From Nitrospinales bacterium (GTDB lineage: Bacteria > Nitrospinota > Nitrospinia > Nitrospinales > VA-1), in the NCBI GenBank assembly GCA_965262115.1, contig OZ253496.1, forward strand, positions 2,496,001 through 2,560,000: a stretch of 64,000 bases of DNA, in the 5' to 3' direction. The number at the start of each line of letters is the position of its first letter. The first letter of the stretch is position 1. Both the position numbers and the translations under genes were made by a program. The notes below the pieces were generated by a model. It ran no database searches, was not told the DNA's origin, and was given only the letters and a program-made list of their open reading frames with translations. Of this stretch, positions 28,627 through 39,085 are shown one piece after another.

Positions 28627-29700
28627 CTACGGCAACTGAAAGCTCACCATAATACCGCCCATCACATCATCCAGCACGAAATCTTTTTTCGGACTACCGG
28701 GGTGGCCGTTGTGACAGTTAACACAACTGCGCGTCACAGCGATATCCGGATAAATAGCCTGGAAATATTTTTTCCGACCCACCTTGGAATGCTTGATATA
28801 AGGGCGAATGGGGTGCACCTCTACACTTTCCAGTCCGTTCTGCTCAAACTCGTTGGCAGGCCGGTTTTGCGGATTGATGGGGTAAAGGCTGATCAAACGA
28901 AAGTCCAGTCCCAGTCGTTTGGACTTAATCGCTGCGGCGCTGTTCAATAAGAACTGCGCCGGAAGCATGAGAGCGTTTTCATTTTTCCACTTTTCCTTGG
29001 AATGCAGAATGCCTTGCTCCTCCAACCGGTTGACAACATGCCGGGCATATACTGTGCGGTCTGATTCCAGCACCGAGTGCACATAGTCCGCCACCACTTC
29101 CGGAGCCAGCTGGAACTTTTCATCGACATTTCTTTCTGTCCGCCTGCCCAAAGGCAGGTCAATGATGATTCCCCCCATCACGTCGCCTTTTTTAAAATCT
29201 GTTTTGGGGCTGTTGGGGTGATTGTTGTGGCAGGTGACGCAGGTTTCCGAAACAGCGATGTCCGGGTAGATGGCCTCAAAATACCAACGCCCTTCACGCG
29301 GAACGATCCAGGTGAAAGGCTGGTCCGGATTCTTCACGACTTCTTCCAGTCCGAGTTTTTCGTTTTGCGATCGCGGTGCGTTATGGTTATTGAGGGGCCA
29401 GAGGCTCATCAGCCGGTACTTCATGCCGATCCCGTGCGAGTTAGAAATTTTGGAAGACATCGAAAGAAACTGGGCCGGCAAAAGCAATGTCTTTTCCCGT
29501 TCCCAGTTTTCAGAAGCGTTGAGAGAGTTCTGCCGGGATAAATGTCCAACCACCTGCTTGGAGTAAGTGGTCCGTCCGGCTTCCACCACCGCGTGGATGA
29601 AGTCGGCCGCCAGTCCGGCGAGGATTCTCTGCTCCTGACTTTGAGCCGGGGAGGGGATAAACAGGAAGAACAGAGCGATACAGAACGCGAAAGATTTCAT
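28627..29700 (-). CDS. Tandem DUF3365 (Tll0287-like) c-type haem protein
   Basis: Two internal repeats, each with LPAQFL and CxxCH...DVMGGI. Confidence 0.82.
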   Translation of the reverse strand: MKSFAFCIALFFLFIPSPAQSQEQRILAGLAADFIHAVVEAGRTTYSKQVVGHLSRQNSLNASENWEREKTLLLPAQFLSMSSKISNSHGIGMKYRLMSLWPLNNHNAPRSQNEKLGLEEVVKNPDQPFTWIVPREGRWYFEAIYPDIAVSETCVTCHNNHPNSPKTDFKKGDVMGGIIIDLPLGRRTERNVDEKFQLAPEVVADYVHSVLESDRTVYARHVVNRLEEQGILHSKEKWKNENALMLPAQFLLNSAAAIKSKRLGLDFRLISLYPINPQNRPANEFEQNGLESVEVHPIRPYIKHSKVGRKKYFQAIYPDIAVTRSCVNCHNGHPGSPKKDFVLDDVMGGIMVSFQLP

Positions 29701-29793
29701 GGGCCTACCTCCCTAAAAGGTGCGCTTACCGTAAATATAGGTTCCAAAAGGTTAAAACTCAATACCGTCCAGATGGGGAGAGAATAGGGTTTT

Positions 29794-29871
29794 CTATTTC
29801 CACATGGCATAGAGTGTGAGTGCCGCCATCATGGCGCCCATAATTATTCGAATCCAGATGTCTGTGTTCAT
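29794..29871 (-). CDS. Putative 25-aa single-helix membrane peptide
   Basis: MNTDIWIRIIMGAMMAALTLYAMWK with AAGGGG RBS; own translation. Confidence 0.45.
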   Translation of the reverse strand: MNTDIWIRIIMGAMMAALTLYAMWK

Positions 29872-29890
29872 TAGTCACGCCCCTTGGCAG

Positions 29891-30097
29891 GAGAGCTTTG
29901 CATAACCTGAGATTACCCTTTCAGGGCACGAAAGTTTTGGTGAAATATCACGTCTTCATCGCGTACGCTCTTCAGAATGACAAAATAGCTCTTTATTGTC
30001 ATGCCGAGCTAGTGATATTTGACCTTTGAATTCTTGCCCTGTAGGGGTATCTCGAAGCATCTCGCTTTTTTGATTTTTCGACTTACGCAAAGGTCTC
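29891..30097 (-). mobile_element. MITE (GAGACCTTTGC.. TIRs) carrying two inserted 39-bp mini-elements (29914-29952, 30011-30049)
   Basis: Colinear with the reverse complement of 46234-46361 once the two inserts are removed; flanks CCTTGGCAG and CTTAGGCAG look like a decayed 9-bp TSD. Confidence 0.88.
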
Positions 30098-30185
30098 CTT
30101 AGGCAGGGGAGACAGATAGTAAGGTTTTGACGCCGAGACAACTTTTTTCCAGTCCATGAACGCTATTTACCTCTGCGGGGTACGC

Positions 30186-31601
30186 CTAGTGGGCCGGTTT
30201 GCCTTTCCAGCGCTGGACGTCTCGCATGAATTTTCTACGGTCCATGTCGGCGTCCCAGGGAAAAATATCCATCAAAGGTTCCAGGGCATAATTCGACTTG
30301 TCTTCTGGGGGGAGCTCGAATCCGCCATCGGTGATGCGGTAGATATTATTAAATGTCCGGTAATTGCCACACAGGGTGACATAATCCCAAGCCGTGGTCC
30401 CTTCTATCAGGGCGCAGAGTTCCGATGAAGAGATACCTTCGTAGAGATTAATTTTTCCGATGTCGCCTTTTTGAAGCTGAGGTTTTCCGGGTTGACCAAA
30501 GTCTACGGTCCATGTCTGGGGGCCGTCTTGCCCGAACACTTCCAGTTGATAAACGATCTGCCAATGTTGCCAGCCTTCCAGCAACTCGCTGTTTAAAATT
30601 CGCTCAAGCAAACAGTCTTCAATGAAGTCACCCACCACTTTCATTTCCCTTACATACTCTTCAGGATCGGTGGTTTGAGTGGTGATCACCGGAACGTAGG
30701 CGTGTGGTTTGAATGTGATCAGGTGGCTGTCATCTTCCCGGACACGCACGAATTCGGAGGCCTGTTTTTTAATGTGGACTTCATCAGCCGAGATATGCGC
30801 TACATCTCCGGAAAAAAACGGTGCACTGGGAACTTCCGGGCAGAATGCTTTCAGATCGCGTAGAAACTGATCCTGCGTTATAGGAAACGAAACCTGGTTC
30901 ATGAACAATAACTCGTCCCGGTACCGGAACGCCGCAGAACCGGGCACAACAAATCTGGGATTCAGGGCTTTTACCACATTCAGGAAAGTGCAGTACTCGT
31001 CAACGGGCAGGGTGAGCGGTTTATTGTAGGAGAGGTTTCCTTCAATCAACGGAACAAAGCGGGAATGAAAAAAATCTATCTGACCGTATAATTCACCGAT
31101 CCGTTGGATGATGTCAGGGTTCACCAGAGAATCCACCTGATTCCAGATCGTCACTTCTCCGTCATTGACCAGCAGTCCATGTTCAGGAAAAGGATCTTCA
31201 GCGGTGCTCAACTGGTTGCGTGAAGGGGTCGGGGTGATGGTAACATCCTTGACTTGAATGGGTTCGAAATCTGCAACCACTTTTACATTTTTAAATTCCA
31301 GTTCATTAAGAATGTCGAGCAGAAGATCGTCCTGAGGCGCGAAGATGAGTGTGTCGGGCGTGATGATCCTCTTATTTTGTACCAGATAAGCCAGGGTGTG
31401 CACATCGAAATGGTCCTGATGCCGGTGTGAAATATTGAGGACATCCAGCGGTGGTACTTTGTCCTTTTCCAGAACGATGCTGGGACACAGCGTGTTGATT
31501 TCTTCCCAAAGATAATCGAACCAGACGGGATCGGTCAGGATCGTGGTTTCTTTAGATTGGATAAGCAGGCAGGCATGTCCGACCAGAGTCGTCTTGATCA
31601 T
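30186..31601 (-). CDS. MBL-fold metallo-hydrolase (UlaG-like)
   Basis: GHAC, TDP, SHRHQDH motifs. Confidence 0.85.
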   Translation of the reverse strand: MIKTTLVGHACLLIQSKETTILTDPVWFDYLWEEINTLCPSIVLEKDKVPPLDVLNISHRHQDHFDVHTLAYLVQNKRIITPDTLIFAPQDDLLLDILNELEFKNVKVVADFEPIQVKDVTITPTPSRNQLSTAEDPFPEHGLLVNDGEVTIWNQVDSLVNPDIIQRIGELYGQIDFFHSRFVPLIEGNLSYNKPLTLPVDEYCTFLNVVKALNPRFVVPGSAAFRYRDELLFMNQVSFPITQDQFLRDLKAFCPEVPSAPFFSGDVAHISADEVHIKKQASEFVRVREDDSHLITFKPHAYVPVITTQTTDPEEYVREMKVVGDFIEDCLLERILNSELLEGWQHWQIVYQLEVFGQDGPQTWTVDFGQPGKPQLQKGDIGKINLYEGISSSELCALIEGTTAWDYVTLCGNYRTFNNIYRITDGGFELPPEDKSNYALEPLMDIFPWDADMDRRKFMRDVQRWKGKPAH

Positions 31602-31764
31602 GTTTCAATTCTCTGTTTTATAAGGAGAAATGAGATTAACCGATCAGGACAGGTAATTCAAGTCCCACTCGGCGTGGGGCCAGCGTGCAATAACTTTTGT
31701 TTTCTGGCAAACAGTGTTGGCGGCAAAACAAAGACATTGCTAGTTACCAGCGGAGGTACTCCGC

Positions 31765-32006
31765 CTAGTGGCTGAGGAATTTTTTCAGGGTTTTATCGCA
31801 AATTTTTTTACCTTCGATTTCGAGATGTCGAGCACCTGGGAAATTTCCGCCGAGGTCAGTTCTTCATGGCAGTGCAAGGCCACCACCAGTCTTTCCTGTT
31901 CATTGAGCATGTCAATGGCCTCGGCAATTTCCGCCTTCCAGCTTGCCCGGTCTTCGGGCGATAGGGGCATTTCTTTGGCCTTTGTCAAAATCGCGGTCTC
32001 GTTCAT
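31765..32006 (-). pseudogene. Stand-alone FliA-like sigma region-4 protein, frameshifted in an A7 run
   Basis: AEAIDMLNEQERLVVALHCHEELTSAEISQVLDISKSKV; one extra A gives KKICDKTLKKFLSH* ending at 31765. Confidence 0.65.
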
Positions 32007-32019
32007 TGGAACCCCCGTT

Positions 32020-32163
32020 TTAGTGAAGTTTTTTCACGTTTGTTGTTTGTCTATTCCATTTTAATGCCATGCGTTTGCCTTTGCGATAGACATTCCAGCC
32101 AACGCGGTTTGCGGTATCTCTAAACATCTGTGCTAAAAGTTCATCTACAGTCAAGTTTTTCAT
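32020..32163 (-). CDS. Small hypothetical protein (47 aa)
   Basis: MKNLTVDELLAQMFRDTANRVGWNVYRKGKRMALKWNRQTTNVKKLH; strong RBS GAGGAGGAG. Confidence 0.6.
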   Translation of the reverse strand: MKNLTVDELLAQMFRDTANRVGWNVYRKGKRMALKWNRQTTNVKKLH

Positions 32164-32214
32164 AACTCCTCCTCTGTCTGAATTTTGACACAGCCACCTT
32201 GTTTTATTTACAGG

Positions 32215-32230
32215 GCAATTCGCATGCCAA
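32215..32230 (-). promoter_or_regulatory. Sigma-54 (-24/-12) promoter
   Basis: TTGGCATGCGAATTGC, i.e. GG-N10-GC, about 50 bp upstream of the 47-aa ORF. Confidence 0.7.
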
Positions 32231-32290
32231 AACCTGCAACTGCCCTCCAGTTGGTACTTTTCAGAAATATTAAATCAGGAATTCGACCCT

Positions 32291-32698
32291 TTATAAAGGG
32301 TTAGGCCGGTAGGAGTATTGATGCCCCAACGGATTGTGGGGCTGGGGAGACGATTTCTTTGTCCCTTGGTGCGTAGATAAGTAATCCAAAATTGCTTTTC
32401 TCAGGCTTGGTTCCAGATCCCACAAACCTTGCTTTTTTTGCATCCATGTCAATGTTTGATCCCACTGCTTCCGGGGCATGCGGTTTTGTAGAATGATGGC
32501 GGTGGAATGGCACGCAGTACAATTCTCAAGAACCTGTTTTCGCCCCGTTCCCGGTGCCAGTCCCTGGTATTGGAAATCTTCACTGAAACCCATATTGGGG
32601 ATCGTCCATAATATGGATAAAACCAAAATCAATCGAGCCATTAGCGACTGATTTTTTTGCGGGGAGTTCATAGTTCCTTTGTGGAAAAACCTTTCCAT
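32291..32698 (-). CDS. Monohaem cytochrome c (SorB-like partner of the sulfite dehydrogenase)
   Basis: CTACHS, W..WMQ..QGLW, ILDYL; follows the molybdo-subunit. Confidence 0.8.
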   Translation of the reverse strand: MERFFHKGTMNSPQKNQSLMARLILVLSILWTIPNMGFSEDFQYQGLAPGTGRKQVLENCTACHSTAIILQNRMPRKQWDQTLTWMQKKQGLWDLEPSLRKAILDYLSTHQGTKKSSPQPHNPLGHQYSYRPNPL

Positions 32699-32704
32699 TT
32701 TCTT

Positions 32705-33953
32705 TCAAAGCACGGTGACGGCGACTCGGTGCGTGGCATTGTTCAAATAGCCTTTGGGATTCCATCCCGGCACCACCATGGGTTGCATCACTCCGGCAGT
32801 GTCTATGGCTCTTGCCCAAATCTCATAATAGCCTCTTTTCGGAAAACCAAGCATCGTGCTCCAGTTTTGCCAGGCAAAAGGATTGGCCGGAGGAGTCAAC
32901 GACGTTTCCCCCCAATTGGCCCCAAAATCGATCGACACATGCACGGTTTTTACGCTACTATCACCTGCCCATGCATGCCCTCGCACCTGAAGAGGTTTCC
33001 CATATTTCCAGTTGAGCCGGGACTTTGGAAAAGTGATCAGTGATTTCACGGGCATCGATTCGATGATCTTCATATCTCTCTTAGGCACATGCGCGCCGGG
33101 AGGTACCGGGTAACGGGGAACCCGGTAGGAATAACCTGTCATCTTGGGTCCGTCATGTTCCCGGTCACGAACGGTAATGTGTTTCAGCCATTTGATGGAG
33201 GTCGATCCGGGCCAGCCTGGTGTGACCACGCGCAGGGGAAACCCATGTAGAGCGGGAAGAGGTCGACCGTTCATTTCCCAGGCGATCAGAGTATGCTCAT
33301 CCATTGCCTTACTGATGGGAGTTCCCCGCGAAATAGGTATTTTGTTAGGATCGCCACTCAAATGCAGGTCGTTTCCATAATAACCCGTGTAGACGGCGGA
33401 GTTCTTCAGTCCCGCAGAACGAAGTACATCGCCCATGCGTACGCCCGTGTAGGTTGGCACAACCCACCGCACCATAGGTCCATTGGTTGCCCTTTGCTGG
33501 AGGATCGTAACCCGCCCTCCCGTTGCCTCCGCATTCGATCTGCAGGGAATAGGTGTATGGCTTGAATCGTTTAAGTTGCTCCAGAGTCAGGACCAGAGGG
33601 TTGTGCACTTCGCCGTCGACGGTGAGCGTCCATCCTTTGGCATCCATTTCATGGGCAGAAGGCGGGACGAGTCCATTATTCCTCACGAAATGCCGGTCAT
33701 TAGGTGTTATCTCGTCATCTAAAAAGTGTGGGAGGGTCTCGGCATTTAATGGCCGATTGTTCAAAATTCTCAATCCGTTCTTCCCCGGAATCGATATGTC
33801 ATCCAGAGGATCTGCGTTAGCGACAGCCATCCACCCGGAATAAGAAGGCCGTAGAAGAGGCAGAGAAAAATCCACTGCGATAGTCAGGGCTGTTAAACCT
33901 CCGTACTTTAAAAATGCTCGGCGAGAAGCGTTTGGTTTTTGGCGATTACTCAT
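32705..33953 (-). pseudogene. Sulfite-oxidase-family molybdoenzyme (SorA/SoxC-like), frameshifted
   Basis: Tat motif SRRAFLK, HFVRNNG, ECGGNGR, HGFPLR, GYLNN; +1 frameshift near 33460 (GAVGCA/TYTGV). Confidence 0.85.
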
Positions 33954-34186
33954 GGTCTAAAATTTTTCTTTGTAGATTTTTAGATTGGGTTTGTTCAGAT
34001 TGTATCAGTTATCCTTATTTGGGCAAAAGAAACCCAACATGAAAAAGAATATTTTTTGAAATGATTATTTATTACACATCCACTCAAATGGGTTGATTTC
34101 AGTTTTTCCTTCCTCTTCCCGCTAAAGCCCGGTAAAATTCAGCTACTCCAAAACTCTAAATCCTTATCAAGGGGAGTTAAAACTCT

Positions 34187-34978
34187 ATGAAATGTTTTCT
34201 TCAGTTGGTTTTTTTTGCAATGCTAAATCTGGCCACCGTCGCCCACGCCGAGGTTCAAACTCAGGAGATTGAATACACCCAGAACGGCACAACTTTAAAG
34301 GGTTTTCTTGCTCACGACTCAGCTATTAAAGCTAAAAGACCAGGAATCTTGGTCGTCCACGAATGGTGGGGGCATAACGAACATGCAAGAGACCGTGCCC
34401 GCATGTTGGCCGAAATCGGTTACACGGCTTTGGCGGTGGATATGTATGGCAACGGAAAAACAGCCGACCACCCCAAGAAGGCCGGCGAGTTCATGAACGC
34501 CGCTTTCAAGGATTGGGAAACCTCCAAAGACCGGTTCAATAAAGCGAAGGAAGTTCTGCAAGCTCATAAAACTGTTGACCCCGAGCGGATTGGTGCGATC
34601 GGGTTCTGCTTTGGCGGTGCGGTGTCCATTCGCATGGCACGAGGTGGCGCCGATCTGGATGGCATCGTTGCTTTTCACAGTTCCCTGCCTTTGGAACCGG
34701 CGGTTACAAATATGAAGGCGTCCGTCCTGGTCATTAATGGATCGCAGGATTCCTTTCTAAAACCCGAAACGGTGGGTTCTTTTTCCAGTCAAATGATGGC
34801 AGGCAATGTGGATTTTACTTACCTGAACTTACCTGGGGTGAAGCACAGCTTCACCAACAAGCAGGCGGACGAGTTTAGGAAAAAATTTGATATTGGAGCG
34901 CTAGAATATAACAAGCAGGCGGATGAACGGTCCTGGTCGGCAATGCAGAGATTTTTCCAGCGTGTGTTTAATCAGTGA
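34187..34978 (+). CDS. Dienelactone hydrolase family protein
   Basis: HEWWG, GFCFGG, HSF motifs. Confidence 0.92.
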   Translation: MKCFLQLVFFAMLNLATVAHAEVQTQEIEYTQNGTTLKGFLAHDSAIKAKRPGILVVHEWWGHNEHARDRARMLAEIGYTALAVDMYGNGKTADHPKKAGEFMNAAFKDWETSKDRFNKAKEVLQAHKTVDPERIGAIGFCFGGAVSIRMARGGADLDGIVAFHSSLPLEPAVTNMKASVLVINGSQDSFLKPETVGSFSSQMMAGNVDFTYLNLPGVKHSFTNKQADEFRKKFDIGALEYNKQADERSWSAMQRFFQRVFNQ

Positions 34979-35637
34979 GTGCATTGCAGATTTCCGTAAA
35001 TGATCAGTCGTTCACTCCTCAGCGGATTTTTTGCATCGGCAAAAATTATGATGAGCATGTGAAAGAACTGGGGGGACAGACGCCCGAGGAACCGGTAGTG
35101 TTTATGAAACCGGTTTCGAGCATTGTTTCTCCCGGTGAAACCCTTTGCATACCTCGCCATGGCGAGCTTTTGCATCATGAAGTGGAAGTGGTGCTTTTGA
35201 TCGGTCGAGAAGGGCGGGATATTTCTAAAGCCGAGGCCTTGTCGTATATTTTCGGCGTTACTTTGGGATTGGATTTAACCCTGCGCGATGTTCAGGGCCG
35301 GTTGAAAAAAGTCGGCCTGCCTTGGGAGCTTTCCAAGGCGTTTGAGCAGAGCGCACCTTTAGGTCACTTCAAGGCTTATGATTCGAATTCTATCGACTTG
35401 GAAAACTTTTCGTTCACCTGTTCGGTCAACGGGAGCCTTCGCCAACAGGGCAACACTTGCGAGATGATTTTCCCCATCAGGAGTTTGATTCATACGTTGA
35501 GCGGGTGGTGGACGTTGCAACCGGGGGATATTATTTTTACTGGCACCCCATCTGGGGTGGGTCCGCTTGAGTCCGGCGACCGGGTTGACATTGAAAGTCC
35601 CGTAACAGGCCCATTTTCCTGGACTCTTTCTCCCTAA
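34975..35637 (+). CDS. Fumarylacetoacetate hydrolase family protein
   Basis: CIGKNY, FMKP, HHEVE, GDIIFTGTPSGVG. Confidence 0.92.
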   Translation: MSALQISVNDQSFTPQRIFCIGKNYDEHVKELGGQTPEEPVVFMKPVSSIVSPGETLCIPRHGELLHHEVEVVLLIGREGRDISKAEALSYIFGVTLGLDLTLRDVQGRLKKVGLPWELSKAFEQSAPLGHFKAYDSNSIDLENFSFTCSVNGSLRQQGNTCEMIFPIRSLIHTLSGWWTLQPGDIIFTGTPSGVGPLESGDRVDIESPVTGPFSWTLSP

Positions 35638-35993
35638 AGAGAACAATTCTCCTTAATACTTTTATCGACTAACTTCTTAAGTCTTAAAAATTCGTCAAGG
35701 ATACGATTTGAAAGAACGGCGTAATCTTTTTTGATATGGCCGTTGGAGAAATATTTGAGAGGTTTCACTCCTTTTTCTTTTAAGAGTATTTTTAATGTTT
35801 AAGGTGGAAGTTTTAGCGCTACTCCAAACTTGCCGCAAGAGATAAAGATATTCCCATTTACATAGCCTGCCACCGCACCAAAACATTTCTTAAACTCAAG
35901 GTTGTGTGTGCTTGATAAGCGGGGGCGGACTTTTTTTAGCAGGCTTTCTAATTGGTCACGGTAAGGATTATCTTTCACTTTATCCATTTCCAA
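35634..35993 (-). pseudogene. TfoX/Sxy N-terminal-domain protein with internal stop
   Basis: KCFGAVAGYVNGNIF..ALKLPP* then in frame TLKILLKEKGVKPLKYFSNGHIKKDY. Confidence 0.7.
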
Positions 35994-36004
35994 ATGTTCG
36001 GGAT

Positions 36005-37030
36005 TTAAAATAGATTGTCCTGGTTACCTTGACTCGGTGGGAGTTTGTTGAAATGTTTGTAGGCCAGGGGTGTGGCGACGCGGCCACGCGGGGTGCGCTG
36101 GATGAATCCGCTCTGGATGAGATAGGGTTCCAGCACATCTTCGATGGTGTCTTTTTCTTCGCTGATGGATGCGGCCAGGTTTTCGATGCCGACCGGTCCG
36201 CCGGAATATTTTTCGATCATCGCCAGTATGAGTTTGTGATCCATTTTGTCCAGTCCTTTGCCATCCACTTCCATCATTTCGAGAGCACTGGCGGCGACCT
36301 CGCGGGTGATCATGCCATCGGCTTTCACTTGGGCATAGTCACGCACGCGTCTTAACAGTCGGTTGGCAATTCTGGGTGTGCCGCGCGATCGGCGCGCGAT
36401 TTCATTGGCTCCTTCGGGGACGATGGCGATTTCAAGGATTCCGGCCGAACGGGTGAGGATGATTTCCAGTTCCTTCTCGCTGTAATAGTCGAGCCGATGC
36501 ACCACTCCAAACCGATCCCGCAAGGGAGAGGTGAGGAGTCCGGCCCGGGTTGTGGCTCCGACAAGGGTGAAGGGTGGCAGTTCCAATTTGATGGAGCGGG
36601 CGCTTGGTCCCTGGCCGATCATGATATCCAGTTTATAGTCTTCCATCGCCGAGTAGAGAATCTCTTCGATGACGTTCGAGAGTCGGTGGATCTCATCGAT
36701 GAACAGCACATCGCCTTTTTTCAGGTTGGTCAGAAGCGCGGCAAGGTCGCCGGTCTTTTCAATGACCGGACCCGAGGTGCTCTTGATGTTCGCACCCATT
36801 TCAGCCGCGATGATGTTTGCGAGGGTGGTTTTGCCCAGTCCGGGCGGACCGTAAAACAGCACATGGTCGAGGGACTCCTCCCGCATTTGTGCTGCGGATA
36901 TAAAGATGTTGAGATTCTCCTTGATCTTTTCTTGCCCGACATACTCGGTCAGGTGGCTGGGCCTGAGACTGTTATCGAACTGGATTTCTTCGTTGTCCGG
37001 TCCCGAATCTATAAGTCTGTCTTCATCCAT
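36005..37030 (-). CDS. ruvB: Holliday junction branch migration helicase RuvB
   Basis: [32 protein letters not shown]. Confidence 0.98.
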   Translation of the reverse strand: MDEDRLIDSGPDNEEIQFDNSLRPSHLTEYVGQEKIKENLNIFISAAQMREESLDHVLFYGPPGLGKTTLANIIAAEMGANIKSTSGPVIEKTGDLAALLTNLKKGDVLFIDEIHRLSNVIEEILYSAMEDYKLDIMIGQGPSARSIKLELPPFTLVGATTRAGLLTSPLRDRFGVVHRLDYYSEKELEIILTRSAGILEIAIVPEGANEIARRSRGTPRIANRLLRRVRDYAQVKADGMITREVAASALEMMEVDGKGLDKMDHKLILAMIEKYSGGPVGIENLAASISEEKDTIEDVLEPYLIQSGFIQRTPRGRVATPLAYKHFNKLPPSQGNQDNLF

Positions 37031-37085
37031 TTATTTTTCCTGTGGGTGACACCTGTTCAGGTGATACCTGTTCGTGTGATGCCCA

Positions 37086-37679
37086 CTATAATATATTCAA
37101 ACTTTCTTTAATAAGGTCTTCGAGGCCGACATCCTTGCCGTTTTGGTTATAAATTGTTTTCAGTGCTCTTTCCGCTTCCGGTTTTTTATAGCCCAGGTTG
37201 CAAAGGGCTGAGAGCGCGTCATCATAAAAACCTTCTCTTGGCGTGGTTTCAGGGCGATGGTCCAATTCCAGCGCCAAGTCTGCGAGTTTGTCTTTCATTT
37301 CCAGAGTGAGACGTTCTGCGGTTTTTTTGCCGACACCGGGAATGGTGCTCAGTCTGGCAGCGTCATTGTTCATCACGGCGGACAATAAATCTGCCGGGGA
37401 CATGCCGGACAAGATGCCGAGAGCCAGTTTGGGCCCGACCTTGTTGATGGTGATGAGTTTTTGAAAAATGGTTTGCTCTTCTTCTGTCAGGAAGCCAAAG
37501 AGTTTGAGTTCGTCTTCCCGCACGCGGGTGTGTATCCGGAGTGACACCGTCTGGCCCAGATTGGGCAGGGCGTAATAGGTGGATAGAGGTGTGAAAACCT
37601 GATAGCCCACGCCATTGACATCAACAATGGTGTATTCGGGGGACTTGTAAGTCAGTTGTCCTTTAAGGTGGGCGATCAT
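37086..37679 (-). CDS. ruvA: Holliday junction branch migration protein RuvA
   Basis: MIAHLKG, VNGVGY, VGPKLAL, PGVGKKTAER. Confidence 0.97.
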   Translation of the reverse strand: MIAHLKGQLTYKSPEYTIVDVNGVGYQVFTPLSTYYALPNLGQTVSLRIHTRVREDELKLFGFLTEEEQTIFQKLITINKVGPKLALGILSGMSPADLLSAVMNNDAARLSTIPGVGKKTAERLTLEMKDKLADLALELDHRPETTPREGFYDDALSALCNLGYKKPEAERALKTIYNQNGKDVGLEDLIKESLNIL

Positions 37680-37686
37680 GTTTTGT

Positions 37687-38187
37687 TTATCCCTTGGCCT
37701 GTTTGATTTTCTGTTGCAGTTCGGCGTTATGAATATGGCAGATGGCGACAGCTAGCGCGTCGGAGGCGTCAAACGGTTCGGGTTTCTCTTTTAGGCGCAG
37801 CAGGGTCGAAACCATGTCGCAGACCTGGTTTTTATCGGCGCGTCCATAACCGACGACCGATTGCTTGACCTCCAGCGGACTGTATTCGGCAACTTCAATA
37901 CCGCAATTGACGGCGGCCAGCAGAGAGACACCGCGGGTTTGCCCGAGTTTTATTACTGTCTTTGCATTGGTGGCGTAGAACAGGTCTTCCACTGCCACCA
38001 CATTGGGCTGGAATTTTTCCATAGCGAGTATCAGTTCGTCATAAATAAGCTTGAGTCGTTCGGGGAAGGATTGTTTTGGCGAAGTGCGCACACTGCTCCA
38101 GTGCACGGCATGCAGGTCGCCTTTGATTTCTTCGACAATGCCGAGCCCGGTGCAGTTACTGCCGGGGTCGATTCCCATGACACGCAT
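37687..38187 (-). CDS. ruvC: Crossover junction endodeoxyribonuclease RuvC
   Basis: GIDPG, AVE, VKQSVVGYGRADK, DASDALA. Confidence 0.97.
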   Translation of the reverse strand: MRVMGIDPGSNCTGLGIVEEIKGDLHAVHWSSVRTSPKQSFPERLKLIYDELILAMEKFQPNVVAVEDLFYATNAKTVIKLGQTRGVSLLAAVNCGIEVAEYSPLEVKQSVVGYGRADKNQVCDMVSTLLRLKEKPEPFDASDALAVAICHIHNAELQQKIKQAKG

Positions 38188-38247
38188 TTTTTTTAGCCTT
38201 AGTGAAAGGATTAACTATTGGGATGGGCCACCGCTACCTGTATGAGT

Positions 38248-39003
38248 TCAGCTACCCTCTATGATAGCGGCCATGACATCATCCGAGATGTCAAAATTGG
38301 AATAGGCTTTTTGGATGTCGTCGTGGTCTTCCAAAATATCCATCAATTTGAGCAGTGCTTTACCTTTTTTCTCATCAAGGGAAACAGTATTTTGTGGAAT
38401 ACGGGTGATCTCCGCCATTTCCATCGGCACTTTGCCATCTTCGAGAGTTTTGCGCACCGTCTCGAAACTTTCAACACTGGTGATGATCTCGTAGTGATCG
38501 TCGACGGTCTGCATGTCATCAGCACCGGCATCGATGGACAGTTCCATCAGATCGTCTTCGCTTTTTGCTTCGGTCTTAACGGTGATGAGTCCTTTTTTTT
38601 CGAACATCCACCCGACACAGCCATTTTCGCCAAGGTTTCCGCCAGCTTTACCCAGGGCGGCGCGAATTTCGCTGACGGTGCGGTTTTTGTTGTCGGTCAT
38701 CGCTTCCAGAAAGATGGCTGCCCCGCCGGGACCGTATCCTTCATAGGTGTGCTCTTCATAGTGCACGCCTTCCAACTCGCCGGTGCCTTTTTTGATGGCG
38801 CGGGTGATGTTGTCCACTGGCATGTTCTTGCTTTTTGCGATCGAGATGGCGGTTCTAAGTCGTGGGTTGCCATCGGGGTCTCCACCCCCGATGCGTGCGG
38901 CTACAGTGATTTCTTTAATGAGCTTGGTGAAAATTTTTCCGCGTTTGGCGTCGGCAGCACCCTTTTTATGTTTTATACTGGCCCACTTGGAATGACCCGA
39001 CAT
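38248..39003 (-). CDS. yebC: YebC/PmpR family protein
   Basis: [30 protein letters not shown]. Confidence 0.96.
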   Translation of the reverse strand: MSGHSKWASIKHKKGAADAKRGKIFTKLIKEITVAARIGGGDPDGNPRLRTAISIAKSKNMPVDNITRAIKKGTGELEGVHYEEHTYEGYGPGGAAIFLEAMTDNKNRTVSEIRAALGKAGGNLGENGCVGWMFEKKGLITVKTEAKSEDDLMELSIDAGADDMQTVDDHYEIITSVESFETVRKTLEDGKVPMEMAEITRIPQNTVSLDEKKGKALLKLMDILEDHDDIQKAYSNFDISDDVMAAIIEGS

Positions 39004-39085
39004 ATTCGTTCCTCTATTCAAAAAAATTATAAACTATGAGTAATTTAACATAATCTATGATCGTCTCTCAACTTCGTATGAGTTT

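Noticed and set aside
37046..37083. 2.5 x 15-bp tandem repeat starting GTGA between ruvA and ruvB
   Set aside because: Lacks the TGCCC/GGGTA hairpin, so it is not the mini-element; probably a local duplication
38218..39039. Long antisense ORFs (also 1293-2066, 36497-37111, 27837-28523 and others)
   Set aside because: They lie opposite well-supported genes and have no motifs
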